Positions 35,901-47,653 of a stretch of DNA of 64,000 nucleotides are shown here, in pieces. Source of the DNA: Neodothiora populina. Taxonomy: Eukaryota. The notes under the pieces are model-generated. The model was given only the letters and a program-made list of their open reading frames with translations, ran no database searches and had not been told where the DNA came from. How positions within the stretch are numbered: the first letter of the stretch is position 1; every line of letters starts with the position of its first letter. The stretch is from the NCBI RefSeq assembly GCF_041146345.1, contig NW_027191406.1:434001-498000 (forward strand). Direction: 5' to 3'. The translations under genes were made by a program, and so were the position numbers.

Positions 35901-38900
35901 TCATGTTCAGACTGCACCTTCTGAGCCTCTGCTCGAGTCTCTTCGGCCTTCTCGCTGAGTGCGCTGTGGTAGTTCTTTTCAAGCCCAGCCACGCGTGCTT
36001 GCGACTCTTCTAGCTGGCTCTGGATGCCCGCGACCGCATTGTCCTTGGTCGACTCGACCTCAGTGCGAAGGGTTTCCAGCCCTTCGGCGTGCGACTTCTG
36101 GGCGTCCAGCAATTTGCGCGCGGATTCTTGCTGGATGGCCAAGAGTTTCTCGGCATTCTCCTTTTCGAGACGGACGATCTCTACCTGAGCAGCCTGCAGC
36201 TTTTCTTCATATTCTCTGGCAGCTTCGTCCTTGGCAGATTGCGCGCCGTCGCGCAGGGTGGTCATCTCCTCAACATGTGCAGCCTGTGCCTCCGACAGAC
36301 CCTTCTCAAGAGCCGAGATCTTCTCGTTGTGTTCACTTTCCAGGCTGGCCAGCTTATCACTATGCTCAGTCTGGAGCTTGGACAAATTGTTCTCGTGGTC
36401 CTTCTCGAGCTGTGCAAGCTGGGCCTGGACGGCCTGTAGCCTCTCTTGCACTTCTTGGACAGCCTTCTCCTTGGCCGAATCTGTGTTAGTCTTCAACTCC
36501 TCCAACTCTTGAGCATGTTCTTTCTGTGCTTCGGCTACCTTGGTCTTACCATCCTCTTCAAGTGCTGCTACTTTTGCGTCATGTTCTTGCCCGAGGCTCG
36601 AGAGCTTAGCTTCATGCTCGCTAATGATGCCTCTTATCTTATCCTCGTGTTCCTTCTCGAGGCTTGAGAGTTTGTCATCGTGCTCCTGGCCAATTTGGCT
36701 GATCTGTGTTTGAGCAGCCTCAAGGTCCTTTCGCACGCTGGCGACAGCCTCGTCCTTGCTGAGCTCGGCATCTTTCCTAGCCTCTTCAAGCTCTTCATCG
36801 TGAGCTCGCTTAGCTTCAGACAGAGCGTCCTGTGCAGCCTTCAACGCCTGTTGGTGCTGTTCAATCTTCTCGGCATTTCCACTTTCTGCCTTTGCAAGAG
36901 CGTCTTGGTAAGCAGCTTCGGTCTCACGAATGCGATCCTCGTGAGCGGCAACACAACGAGCTAATTCTGCCTCTGCTGCGCTGACAGCATCGGATCTGGC
37001 CTTGAGGTCGTTCTGAAGTAGTTCGATTCTCTGAGTGAGTTCGCTCTTACCTGCCTCTGCCTCCTTGGCAGCAGCGTTGAGCTGTTCTTCATGTTCGGCT
37101 TCTAAAGCTTGAATGCGTTGCCGCAATTGGACTTCAGCGGTCACCTTTTCGCGTCGAACAGCAGTCAATTTTTCTTCATGTGCCTTCTGGACAGCCTCGA
37201 CCATTCCTCTGAGCTCCGCTTCAGCAGACTTGGCATTTTGCAAATTCTCAGCGATTTGACTCTTCAGCGCTTGTAGTGCGTCTTCGTGCTTCTGAGCCAG
37301 ATCCTGTAGGTGCTGTTCATGGGCCGACTGCAAAGAAGTCAATGCTGCCTCGCTAGCCTCAACCTGACTACACGCTTCGTCGAGCTGGGATTGTAATGTT
37401 GCTCGCAGCTCATCCGTCTCTTGAGTATGGCTGGCCTTCAATGCTTCCACTTCGGCATCCTTTGACGTTTGGGCCTGCGTGTACGATTCAGCAGCTTCGG
37501 TTGCCTTCTGCTGCGCCTCTGCGAGCTCAGTCTTGAGCTGTGCCAACTCTCCTTCTTTGACCTCCAGAGCCTTTACATGCTTCTCGGCATCTTCGGTAGA
37601 CTTAAGCTGTGCCTGCTCAAGCTCGGTCTTGAGCTGAAATAATTCTCCATCTTTGGACTCTTGAGCTTGTGCGTGCTTCTCAGCGTCTTCGGTGACTCGC
37701 GACTGCGCTTTCTCCAGCTCGGCCTTGAGTTCGGCCAATTGTGCTTCCGTGGCGGCCTGCTGCGCTTGCAACTCTTCGGTGTGCTTTGATGCGGTTTCCT
37801 TTTCCTTCTCCTCACGTGCGGACTGAGACCTTTCTCTCTCTTCACGAAGCTTGGCGCACTCGCTTTCCAGCTCGGACAGCTTCGCTTGGTGCTTGGTGTC
37901 CGCCTCCGCCAAAGCTTTGGAGTGAACCTGGTTCGATTGGATCATCGCAGAGTGAGCGCGTGATGCTTCGTCTTCACGCAGCTTACGTTCCTGCTGTAGT
38001 AAAGTTTCGTGCTCACTACGTAAGTCGGCGTTCTTCTCCTCGAACCGAGTCTTGACAGCGGCGAGCATGCTTTTGTGCTGTTCCGTATTCTTGGCCAGCT
38101 GAGAGCGCAATTTCTCTATCGCAGCCTCATGAGCCTTCAGAGCAGCATCAGAAGCCTGAGCATGTTCGGTCTCCCGTCGACGGAGCTCCTCCTCGTGAGA
38201 CGCCTTCAGAGCTTCAACTGCGTTTGCTCCTCCAGCTTTCGCTTCCTCTATCTCTTCGATTTGACGGGCGGTGGTGCTTTCGATCTCTTCACGGTGCCTT
38301 TGCTCTAGCTCTACGATCGTAGCATTCCGCGCCTTCTTCAGCTCTGCCAATTCGGATTCGAAGTGCTCGGTCTTGGTCTTGAACGCGTCTTCGCGCTCAT
38401 TCAATGACCTTTGCAACTCGGTCTTGTGGGTTTCTTGGAGCTGCAGAATGGATTCCTCGTGAGACTCTTCCAATTCCGTGATCTTCTTCTGGGCTTCTTC
38501 GAAGGAAGCTGTGAGCTCAGAAAGTCGGCGATCTGCACCAGCGAGCTCCTCATCCTTTGATGCTTGCAGGCTGCTTACATGGCTTTTGGCCTCGTCGAGT
38601 TCGGCCCTGGTAGCGTTGAGTTCAGCTTCCAGCTTGCTTCTCAGATCCTTAAGCTGTTCGATCTCGGCAGTGACCTCAGACAACTTTCGTGAACCCTGCT
38701 CTTGACCTTCGAGTGCCTTTTGATTCTCTTGCTGCAATGAAGCAATCTCTTTCTCTTTGCTGTCAAGGGACTGCGTGAGATCAAACTTGATGCTTTCCAA
38801 TGCTTGTATTTGCTTCTCAGCTTCTGCAACGGAAGTGGATGATTGTGCCAGACCATCTTCAAGTTGTTTCACTTTAGCGATAGCGTCATCAAGCGAGGCC

Positions 38901-39610
38901 TGTAGTGTGACCTTGTCGTTCTCTGTGTCGCGAAGGACTTGCTCCAAGGATTTGAGGGAAGCAGTTGCTTCGGCGTGAAGCTCCTGGTACTTCTGGCTCT
39001 GCTCGCGTAAGGCACTCAATTGATCCTCAGCAGCCGTTTTATCGTTGAGCACCTTATCCATCTCCAGCGTGAGCTGCTCCAACGTTTGCTTGACATCTCC
39101 CTGCTCTGTCTCATTCTTTTCGAGTCTTTGGATGGTGTCCTGCAATTGCTTCGACAGATCATCTTTCTCGCCAATCAGGGCATCAATGCGATTCTCAGCA
39201 TTCTCCATCCACTCCTCACGCTCGCGCTTGACTTTCTCGAGCTCTGCCCTGATGTTGGCGATGTCCTGCAGGCGTTCATCCTCAATCTCTTCAATTGCTT
39301 CCCGGGAGGATTCTTCATCCTCGGAATCTTCAGGGCTCGATTGGAGGGTTTGTCCACCGACTTTCTTGAGGCGTCTCCGGAGGTTATCGAGCTCCTTGAG
39401 TACCTGTGACGGCTGCACCTGTGGCTGAAAAGACCGGCGAAAGATCTGAGAGCTGATACCCTGCTGGGGAGCAACGGTAGACAGGCGAACGAGCTCTTTG
39501 ATGTGCTCAACCTCATGCACAAGTGAAGCAGGATCTTGAGCCAAACTTCCGATGCTTCCATCCATTGTGGTGACCGAACTACTCAGGTTCGGCACCTCAG
39601 ACAGGGCCAT
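32963..39610 (-). CDS. Very long coiled-coil protein (2215 aa), function unknown
   Basis: Uninterrupted 6.6-kb ORF rich in E/A/L/K/Q with heptad/hendecad periodicity and a Ser/Pro/Gly-rich C-terminal tail. Confidence 0.85.
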   Translation of the reverse strand: MALSEVPNLSSSVTTMDGSIGSLAQDPASLVHEVEHIKELVRLSTVAPQQGISSQIFRRSFQPQVQPSQVLKELDNLRRRLKKVGGQTLQSSPEDSEDEESSREAIEEIEDERLQDIANIRAELEKVKREREEWMENAENRIDALIGEKDDLSKQLQDTIQRLEKNETEQGDVKQTLEQLTLEMDKVLNDKTAAEDQLSALREQSQKYQELHAEATASLKSLEQVLRDTENDKVTLQASLDDAIAKVKQLEDGLAQSSTSVAEAEKQIQALESIKFDLTQSLDSKEKEIASLQQENQKALEGQEQGSRKLSEVTAEIEQLKDLRSKLEAELNATRAELDEAKSHVSSLQASKDEELAGADRRLSELTASFEEAQKKITELEESHEESILQLQETHKTELQRSLNEREDAFKTKTEHFESELAELKKARNATIVELEQRHREEIESTTARQIEEIEEAKAGGANAVEALKASHEEELRRRETEHAQASDAALKAHEAAIEKLRSQLAKNTEQHKSMLAAVKTRFEEKNADLRSEHETLLQQERKLREDEASRAHSAMIQSNQVHSKALAEADTKHQAKLSELESECAKLREERERSQSAREEKEKETASKHTEELQAQQAATEAQLAELKAELEKAQSRVTEDAEKHAQAQESKDGELFQLKTELEQAQLKSTEDAEKHVKALEVKEGELAQLKTELAEAQQKATEAAESYTQAQTSKDAEVEALKASHTQETDELRATLQSQLDEACSQVEASEAALTSLQSAHEQHLQDLAQKHEDALQALKSQIAENLQNAKSAEAELRGMVEAVQKAHEEKLTAVRREKVTAEVQLRQRIQALEAEHEEQLNAAAKEAEAGKSELTQRIELLQNDLKARSDAVSAAEAELARCVAAHEDRIRETEAAYQDALAKAESGNAEKIEQHQQALKAAQDALSEAKRAHDEELEEARKDAELSKDEAVASVRKDLEAAQTQISQIGQEHDDKLSSLEKEHEDKIRGIISEHEAKLSSLGQEHDAKVAALEEDGKTKVAEAQKEHAQELEELKTNTDSAKEKAVQEVQERLQAVQAQLAQLEKDHENNLSKLQTEHSDKLASLESEHNEKISALEKGLSEAQAAHVEEMTTLRDGAQSAKDEAAREYEEKLQAAQVEIVRLEKENAEKLLAIQQESARKLLDAQKSHAEGLETLRTEVESTKDNAVAGIQSQLEESQARVAGLEKNYHSALSEKAEETRAEAQKVQSEHDARIAALKTEHDERLAAVVDETKTRISQEFETRLSSMQQQHQEELANQVKASGEKLAELEMAHRLQIADLQQAADLLRSEATQTAERAEAQAAEAKEAVEQLKQHHLEETTNLKQEAEAKIAQMKHDHEEALLEATKAAEIDKLEALHEYERMLASARLSTARSVEDLRHHHTQELATLREDLEIQQSTAVREIQEQMQEELQEMESKLTDAEAREARTQENFLQQEEANQLRWIGKLVEVGGEHRAELAKALEDARVAMEAVVSEKDKHHRVEMEQASKEHRQEIERVMEEVEEKHRNTLEEKDQAYQRRMAEVQKSHEVELKEAMAASELAASTKVAELEQTHQTAIVEALENARAKADAELTELANRHLAELQALRDSSSADLLATRKRLALLESIHTQLDHEKKTLSTELEALIKQSRERERLHAEEIDNALEKASEFDRLRQDYASIVLANDEITARLANTEDEKQRSASSVEELLSEREEYARQMGLLSAQMEQLRIELDQTKLTAAAKEDTDLKDKLRNLQTQLDDALADNTTLRTHQRKAKQPRRPVTPDMSQAKLSTNLDTSGKQRSFEEYLQQAQNELSELGRVISHNETLFAAKIQQHVGDLKHAKDRLAREYNEKFENLVTQRMQQEEDIHSMHAFELEAARNQLKEDYEHHLAESGIRTNSATQFEHDRGLDEADVKLVMAHQKHLTSRKSQVAMRHASQFQALNEEYDRRIAQLSGDKNEMDSDLSIEPAHFERLAGELDAISEQLSAERYYSVPGTPEFVGMGSPISLRRVSGTEDLRGDTPGDHLTNGNKEARVWQQQADGQSPGGAALGDGLPSTRTRRIQQQRTPTKVPHQYASSPGPGLVPLSTPSKAGPGKRRATTRTVSTPIMNRSPQVIEHGGERAEIERVSSNTTAAVEAAKVAMASMSARSREDTSRSGSSMEGSIRPGSSQARPGSSTHVRPGSSGKWFGGLGSPRVHRHGGHS

Positions 39611-41476
39611 CGTTTGCTGGCCTCAATAAATTAAGCAATGGATGTGACAGATAAAGCCAAAAAAAAAGATATAGGCAAATACAATCGTAATATATTCCTC
39701 TATATCTGCAGCATAGCGGAGATACACTAATTGAACAAAGAGGGTTATTACCTCACGTAATAATGGAGCAAAAGCACTGCTACTACTCACGTACAATCCA
39801 ACGAACAAAGATCAGTGAGAGGAAGAGCCCGGTGAAGGGTGATATGGCGTGAGAGACAGGCCGGGCAAGAAAACACACAAATACCTAAATTACACCCAAT
39901 GTCAATCTATGATGCTTGTTGACTGGGCCGCGCCGCCAAAGTCTGTCCCACGTCGTCTGGTGATCAGTGCATATGCAGGGACGCCGAACGCCGGAAAGAA
40001 GCGCATAAGAGAGCATGCATGCGAAGCACCCCGAGACATAGCCATGGGTTTGTCGGCAATGGATGTATCGACCTTGTAATGGCATGTATACATGTTGGGA
40101 ATGTAGATGGAATATGAAGCTGATATGGTGGACTGTGGCTCTTGCTGACTGCAGCAAGCATAAGGTATGTTTCAGGCAAGAGCTTCTTGGATATCGCTTG
40201 GCATTCAGCAAGCCTGCCTGCCTTATTATGGAATGGTCTACGGCCAAAGGTACAGTAGTAGGCCCAACACAGCATCATCCTCTGTCCCGGAAATCAAACC
40301 TTTGACTCGTGTCGGCCGATGGTTGGTCGTGCCTCGATAAGCACTCCTTGATACTTCCTCGGTAGACTTTAAGTCACCCAGACTGAACATCAAACTATTC
40401 TTTTGCCCCTCAGATCACACACTTCGACTTGCTCTCATTCCTGCAGCACGCTTATCACTTCTCCGTGATGTTTGTCCACAAGGATGCCAATCACAAAGAC
40501 TTGGTAGTGATTGATTGATCGAGATCACAACTGACGGACTCTAACGTTGGTCGTGATTCCAACCTTTACTGCTTCATCTTCAAAAGTGGAGCATAAGATA
40601 CACACTACAGGAAAGTTCCCTTCTCAACAAGACGTAACTGCCCAGGCTAGTCCTATGATCTCAGTCAAATCATTCTTCATCTTCATATGCTCGAATCTGG
40701 TTCATTTCGATTGAGAGATGCTTGTCTTTTCGAGAAATCGACTTATCGCGGATATCGATGCTTGCTGGGATCTTGTAGCGAGAAACAATACGATAGTGTA
40801 GTTCCACCGAGCTCTAGTGTAAGTACTACTTTATTCGTTGGTCACTTCAGAATTTGTGTTCTCATCGGGTGTCCTTCTTCTATGGCTCTTGAAAGCAGAT
40901 CACAGGGTCTATCTGGTCAGTCGATATCAGGGGATCACAGACGTCCACCATAAAGATTAATTTGCGCCAAAGATTCATTCATGCCGACAATGTACCCTAT
41001 GCCTTATTTGACTCGGCATCATACAGATAGGGTATTTGCCTACCTTACCTCAACATCTACGGCATCCCCACTACATACCCCGCGTTGCCGCGTGGTTGGT
41101 ATGCGGGGAAATATACATGGAATAAACCGAATAGAGTTGCTGCTAAGAGTTGCAGAAGTGAGTCTCCAAACTCCCCGCAATGGTCTTTGTCTATCAGGAA
41201 CGCGATATCAAGCCCTGTTAGCCCTCATTGGATACGCCAAGTTCAGGTGCCGACATTGATGCTAAGTACAATATGCGATTGAGATCACGCATCTAAACTG
41301 TACGTCATACGGACATCTCGTGGTGTGCATCCCTATGGACCACAGAGCTAGCTGCCTTGTGACCGATGAGAGTAGCCATCCAGTCTTTGAGGCTGGTTTG
41401 GGACAGCTCAAGACAATCTTCGTTCCTGCGCCTGATTCGCACACGCACCAGGATAAGATACAGTTCCTTCGGCACC

Positions 41477-43235
41477 ATGTCCTCACAAGATGATGTTTTT
41501 GTTGGCAGCATAGATCAAGGGACAACCAGCACGCGCTTCCTTATCTTCAACCGTGACGGCGTGCCGGTGGCTGATCATCAAGAGGTGTGTGCCGCTGTCT
41601 TGCGACCCCTTACGTGATCAGACAATCGCCTCAGAGATAGAAATCCAAGATGCTTGTCCTAGCTTTGCTCGGCTCTGCCGAGGGCCCTCACACTGCTCTT
41701 TTTCGAGTGTATAGCATATTCTTGAAGGCTAAAGGCACACAGGAGTTCACCCAGATCCATCCTCATCCAGGATGGTGCGAACATGATCCGGATGAGATCG
41801 TCAACACTGTACACGACTGTATCAAGGGCGCGGTGGACAAGTTCAAGACAGATGGACACTCTAATGACAAGATCAAAGCTATTGGTATCAGCAACCAAAG
41901 GGAAACCACTGTGGTATGGGACATCAAGTCAGGTGAAGCCTTGCACAATGCAATCGTCTGGACAGACACTCGAACTTCGGGCATTGCTCGAGATTTGAAG
42001 AAACGCAAGGGTAGCGACGAGCTCATGGACATTTGCGGCGAACCAATCTCGAGTTATCCTTCTGTGACGAGGTTATTGTGGCTTCTGAAAAACGTCGACA
42101 AGGTAAAGGAAGTGTATGAAAGAGGAGATCTGGCTTTTGGTACAATTGATACTTGGTTAGTCTATAAGCTCAATGGCGGGCCAGAGAAAAATGTCTTTGT
42201 CACCGATGCCACCAATGCTTCTCGAACCGCGTTCATGGACATCCGAGAAGTCAAGTATAGCGACCATCTCCTTGATTTCTTCTCGTACGAATTCGACCTG
42301 AGGAAAATACACATGCCAGAAATTGTCAGATCGTCAGACGCAAAAGCTTTCGGTGCCATTTCGTCAGGACCTTTGCAAGGGCACAAGATCACTGGTGTTC
42401 TAGGCGACCAATCCGCCGCACTCGTTGGTCAAAAGGGCTTTGAACCTGGCAGTGCGAAGAACACGTGTGTCACGGCCCTGTCTCTCAGTGAACTTCCGTC
42501 CTAGGCTGACAATAATGCAGATACGGCACTGGCTGCTTCCTCCTCTACAACGTCGGCGAGAAGCCCGTCATATCAAGTCACGGTCTACTAGCCACAGTAG
42601 CCTACGACTTCGAGGGACACCGCGCCTACGCCCTGGAAGGCAGCATAGCCGTAGCCGGCTCAGGGGTGCACTTCCTGATGCGCAACCTCGGTTTCTCATT
42701 CGCATCACACAAGATCACCGAGCTAGCGGAAACAGTGCCAGACAACGGCGGACTGGTCTTCGTGACAGCCTTCAGCGGCCTCTTCGCGCCCTACTGGATC
42801 GACGACTGCCAAGGCACAATGTTCGGCATCACGCAGCACACGCAGCGCGGCCACGTCGCGCGCGCCACTCTCGAGGCCGTCTGTTTCCAGACCAAAGCCA
42901 TCCTCGACGCAATGGAGAAGGACAGCGGCCACAAGCTGCACGAACTCAAAGTCGACGGCGGCATGTCGAATAGCGCGCTCTGCATGCAGACGCAGGCGGA
43001 TCTGGTCGACATCCCTATCGTGCGACCCAAGATGCGCGAGACGACGTCGTTGGGGGCGGCTATCGCCGCTGGCTTCGCGGCCGGCGTGTGGAAGGACTTT
43101 GACGCTCTCAAGGGCGTCAACAAAGCCGATGAGACGGTCTTCGAGAGGAAGATGAGTGATGCCGATAGTGCGAGGATGGTCAGGAGGTGGGAAAAGGCTG
43201 TCCAGATGTGCGCGGGCTGGAAGGATGACGAATGA
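41477..43235 (+). CDS. GUT1: Glycerol kinase (FGGY family), 3 exons
   Basis: IDQGTTSTR, PGWCEHDP, NQRETTVVW, GTIDTWL, TDATNASRT, GDQSAALVG, AKNTYGTG, FSGLFAPYW, KVDGG, ETTSLGAA. Introns 41585-41742 and 42465-42520. Confidence 0.95.
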
Positions 43236-43810
43236 GGTCTATCACGAGTTGGATGATGTGGTGCTGATGCACATCGTAGGACATTCGTGGCGCATGCGAG
43301 CCTCATGATCTATGTACTGATCCTTTCGACAAGGCAGTGTCGGATGCTGCAAGATCGTGAGCCCCGCTTCAAGAACTCTCTTCGGCTGCTCAAAGGCTCA
43401 TGGCAGCATCACCACTTTTGAAACAATTGGAAGTAGGACTCGGAAACTTGCACCAAGTGAGTGCATAACATTTTGACTCGGACAGAGGAGCGCCTGTGGG
43501 TAAGGGTATCTACCAATCGTGACCAATCGCTGTATATACCAAACCAACCCCCTTACTTTATGGAAAAGTAATCCCATCCAAATCAAAGCTTTGTACCCAG
43601 TACATGATCGTCTGACGTCTTGGACCACCCCTGTTATCACCGAACCCTGGCCATATCCATGGCCGTCCCCCAGGTCCCATTTTTTTCAAATTACAAAATC
43701 GAGAAAAGACAGACAGGAAAAAGAATGTAAAAAGCAAAGTGAAGGGTATATGAATCAGAAAATTGGGGAAAGGTCATGATCATCGTGAGTTGTTGTTGTG
43801 TGTCTGCCAT

Positions 43811-46800
43811 TTAGGAAGACTCTTCCATTAACATCTCATCTCCGGCTTCCCTCCACTCGTAGCTGGAATCGCTCAATTTCTTGGTTCCCGGAATGCGAGA
43901 GGCCCACAGGCGTTCGGCTGGTGTGCGGAAGGTGAACGCTCGCTGGCTGCTGATAACGCCAATTGCTTGGAGGACTGCCTTACGGCTGTCACGGCCAAAG
44001 ACTGCAGGGTGGTTGATCCACTCAAGTGAAGACTCAAGCTCTGCATCCAAGGCAGTCATTGTAGCAGTGTCGATTCCTGCGGCAGGAGTGAAGGGTGTCA
44101 TTGGGTCGGAACGTGGGGGCGAGGGGGTCCTAGTCGATGCTATGCGCGGAGAGTCGAGATTTGGCGAGCGTTCGCCTCCGCTGAGTGCAGGTGTTGGAGG
44201 AAGCTTCGCACTTGGAGGCGGGGGCAGGGGAGGTAGTCCGCCCTTGCCGAGACCCTTGAGGATCGTGCGCGTCTCTGTGAGGAGATGGCATGCTCGTTCG
44301 TGCTGTCCTTTAGACACGAGAGTCAGGGCTCGACTGAGCATGTCTGAAGTCAGAAGCTCCATACGTCTCTGAACAATAGATGGGTGTGGAGGAATAGGTG
44401 AAGCAAAGCTGCGGTTGAGTGAGACCTGGGATGCTTTTCGTGAAACTGCGGGGAGCATGGTGATCGCCAACAGCGAAGGTCGCGGAAGTTGCGTGACGTT
44501 GCCCTCGCGAAGAATGTCTCCCCACAAAAGATCTGCTTGGATCAACGGCACTTCTTCCACAGAAAGAGCCCGCATGTCGTCTTGGTCCAGAGGCCCTCCA
44601 AGGGCTTCCAGACCTGAAATCATATTCTCCCATGGGTCCTGTGGTAGTTGTTCTGGTGTTGAGCTGTCGGGTGTGATTGCTAATTGCACTAGAATGTCAC
44701 GTTTGTCGCCAAAACGAAGGTCTCCAAGTGATGCTTCGGCATCTCGTCCGCTAGCTCTTTTGGTTATCTGTAATGCGCCACTGATCTTGACGAATTTCGC
44801 AGGAGAACCCTCGGGCAGACGGAGTTTGAGTTTTGCGTTCTGGTGAGAGATGCTCTGTAAGGATCCGAGACATCCAGCAACGCATTCACGGAGCATCATC
44901 CAGTCTTTAACGTAGGTGTAGGTTGCCTTTGTGCGGGTTGAGAGTTCGATCATGGTATCTGGCTTATGGGTCAAGCCAAGTCCAAAGGAATGGACTGCGA
45001 TCCTGGTGTACAGTTAGCGCCAGGCTCTTCGTGGAATACAAGCACATGAGACTTACTTTGCAGCTTCAGCTCTGGACACTACGAAATCTACACTTTCGGT
45101 GTCTGACGTTGCCGAGTCGCTGATGAGCAGGATACTTGACAAAGGGTTTGAGGATTTCCTTTGCATCAGCAGATCCATTGCTACATTCGCCCCGTCGACC
45201 ACATCGGCACGCAGACTCTTCTGGCCGATTGGTCTGATGGTTTCCATGACCTTGGGCCATCCGCTCCAATCTTTGGATGTCATGCCAACGATTGGCATGC
45301 TACCGCCATTGGAGCCAAATGTCACCAGACCCATGCGATCCTGATCTCCCAGACTCGATACCAAGAAACGCAGCACGTCACGCAGCAGAGAAATCTTGAG
45401 GCCTTGCATGGACGACGATATTGGAACCACAACGACGATGTCCAAGGGAACATGGATCGAGGTCGAAATCTTCAGTGCGCGTAGAGGCCGAGCTCGAGAG
45501 GAAGTGTACTCTGTGGGTGCGGTGTAGTTGGATCGTGCTGCACCATACGAAGAGTGCCCAGATGAGGACATTCTGCGGTCTCCTCTTGAGGCAGTCGTGA
45601 CCGCATCGTCTTCGGGATAGTAGTCTTCGTCGCTGTCTTGGAGATCGAGATTGTCGATGTTGATGAGAGCACGTCTCCAGATATCCAATTGTTTCATATC
45701 ATTGAACTGGAGGTTGAAGTGAGGAAGCTCGGCCACAGACAAGCTCAGTGTTAGGATGCCGAGTTCTGTAGTCATCAAACGTCAGTTCATATTTTTGGAC
45801 ATACACGCTCCGCATTTTCTTACCAGGTACGTGTTCAAGCTGCTTCAGATGTCTTTTGATCAAGATGGAGCCTTTCAGCGTGCACTTTGACTTTTGCTTC
45901 GCTGCATCAGGCAGCCCGTCACGAGAATGATGATGCGGCACCTTCTTCTCCTTGATACATATCAACATCTCCGAAAAGAGATAGCACTCGAGATCCTGCC
46001 ATGACTGTCGATCCTTTCCCACCCGAATGGTTCCGTACAAGATTAGTTTTCCAAATCTGGAAAAATCGAGACCGTGCCAGTTGTCGACCTTGGTCCGGAG
46101 GTCTTCTGAGACCCGAGCCAGGATTTCAGGGCGCTCCATCGGGAGTTCCACTGGGCGTGGTCTTGCAGGAGATCGCGGCGGCATAGATGCACTGTCGGAT
46201 GCTTCCTGAGGGAAGATGGGCGGAGGACTACGGATGTCTTCTGGATCAGGGCGCCACTTGCCATCAACGACTTCCACAGTCACCAGACAAGTCAAGCTTT
46301 GCTGTTGGCGACTCCGGCTCAACGTGGGAAACTCGCTTCGTACAGTGACCAACGGTGACGGGATTGGGTTTCTCGGCAGGCTTCTCGGAGCCACCGTGGT
46401 CTCCATCGACTGAACATCATAGTCATGTCTTCTTCCGTTCATCTGCTGTGGCTCTGGAAACTCGGCAGCTAGACTAGCTCCTCCTCCTGTTGCGCCACTG
46501 TCATTACGGGTGTGTTGTCTCGAATCGATTGAGGTCTTGTGGGAACGTTGACTTCTGGCATGCGAGATTTGAGGTTGAGGTTGAGGATGACTTGGAACTC
46601 TCGATCCACGATCGGAGTGTGTTTGCACAGAGACGATGGATCGTGCATCGTGACGTGTTGGGTCCGGCTGGATCGTTGTGGGAATCTTCGTGGGCTCTTG
46701 CGGTTGTTCGGCCGGATCAGGAGATTGGACTGAGCGTACTAGAGTATTGAGTTTGCCTGCGTGTGGTCAACATAAGTCGCTCGACATGTAGAATTGGCAT

Positions 46801-47653
46801 ACGCTCTTCCAATGTGTAGAATGCGCAGCAGATAAGAACTCACTGAAATTCAGATTACCACCTCTCGACGGATCGATAGCGAGCGGAGCATCACAAGTGG
46901 GACAATCCTGTGACTGAAATTCTTTGATGTATTCGTAGAAGCAAGCCTCGTGAGCAACATGGCCGCATGATAGTTGGAGAATGCGCTCGCCACGTAGGGT
47001 ATGTTCCAATGGCTCTTCGCAGACAGCACACTCACTGCCAACGAAGGTTCTCTCCCTTCGCGACCTAGGACCCGTAACCTCGATCATGCTGCCTAGTTCG
47101 TCTTGAAAAGGGAGACCGGATCGAGAACGAGAACGCTGGGATGCAGGACGAAGATGGTGTTGAATTGACGGGTCGTTATCAGGCTCAAACCGTGGCCGGG
47201 TCTTGGAGTGCTTTGTCCCCTTCGATATTGGCTGTCTTGCATGGAGATCTGCAAGGAAGGGGAGGCGAGTCAGTTTCATCTATTTGGGGTAGACTGCTTT
47301 ACGTGGAGCGTAGGTAAGGGCGTATGCAATGATCGAAAGTGAGTACAAAGAAAAAATCAGAGACACAGGGAGTGCTCTAGTTCTTTTTTTAAACTTGAAT
47401 GATGTGTTTTCGGGAGGTGTTCACTACCTGGTCCTTCGTTGGTCTCGACTCGCACAGGCTTCTTTCCGCCCATTGACCTCGACTTGGACTCTGGAGAAAG
47501 AAGACCAAGCGTGACGAAAAGGTCCTGATTGATATGATGATGATGATGATGAGGATGCTGCTGCTGGGAAGAGTGTCTGTTTCTAGAGCTCTCGTACTCT
47601 GGCCCAATTCCTGATCCTGATACCGGATGAGACGGTCGGCGCGTGAATGGCAT
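43811..47653 (-). CDS. RING-H2 + PH-like + von Willebrand A domain protein (Far1/Ste5-type architecture), 5 exons
   Basis: Exons 47653-47428, 47248-46844, 46756-45824, 45765-45057 and 45002-43811 join in frame. RING CAVC..CGHVAHEAC..CPTC; PH-like FGKLILYG..ECYLFSEMLICIKE..LDIWRRAL; vWA PLDIVVVVPISSSMQG..DRMGLVTF..ILLISD. Exon 1 is less certain. Confidence 0.85.
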
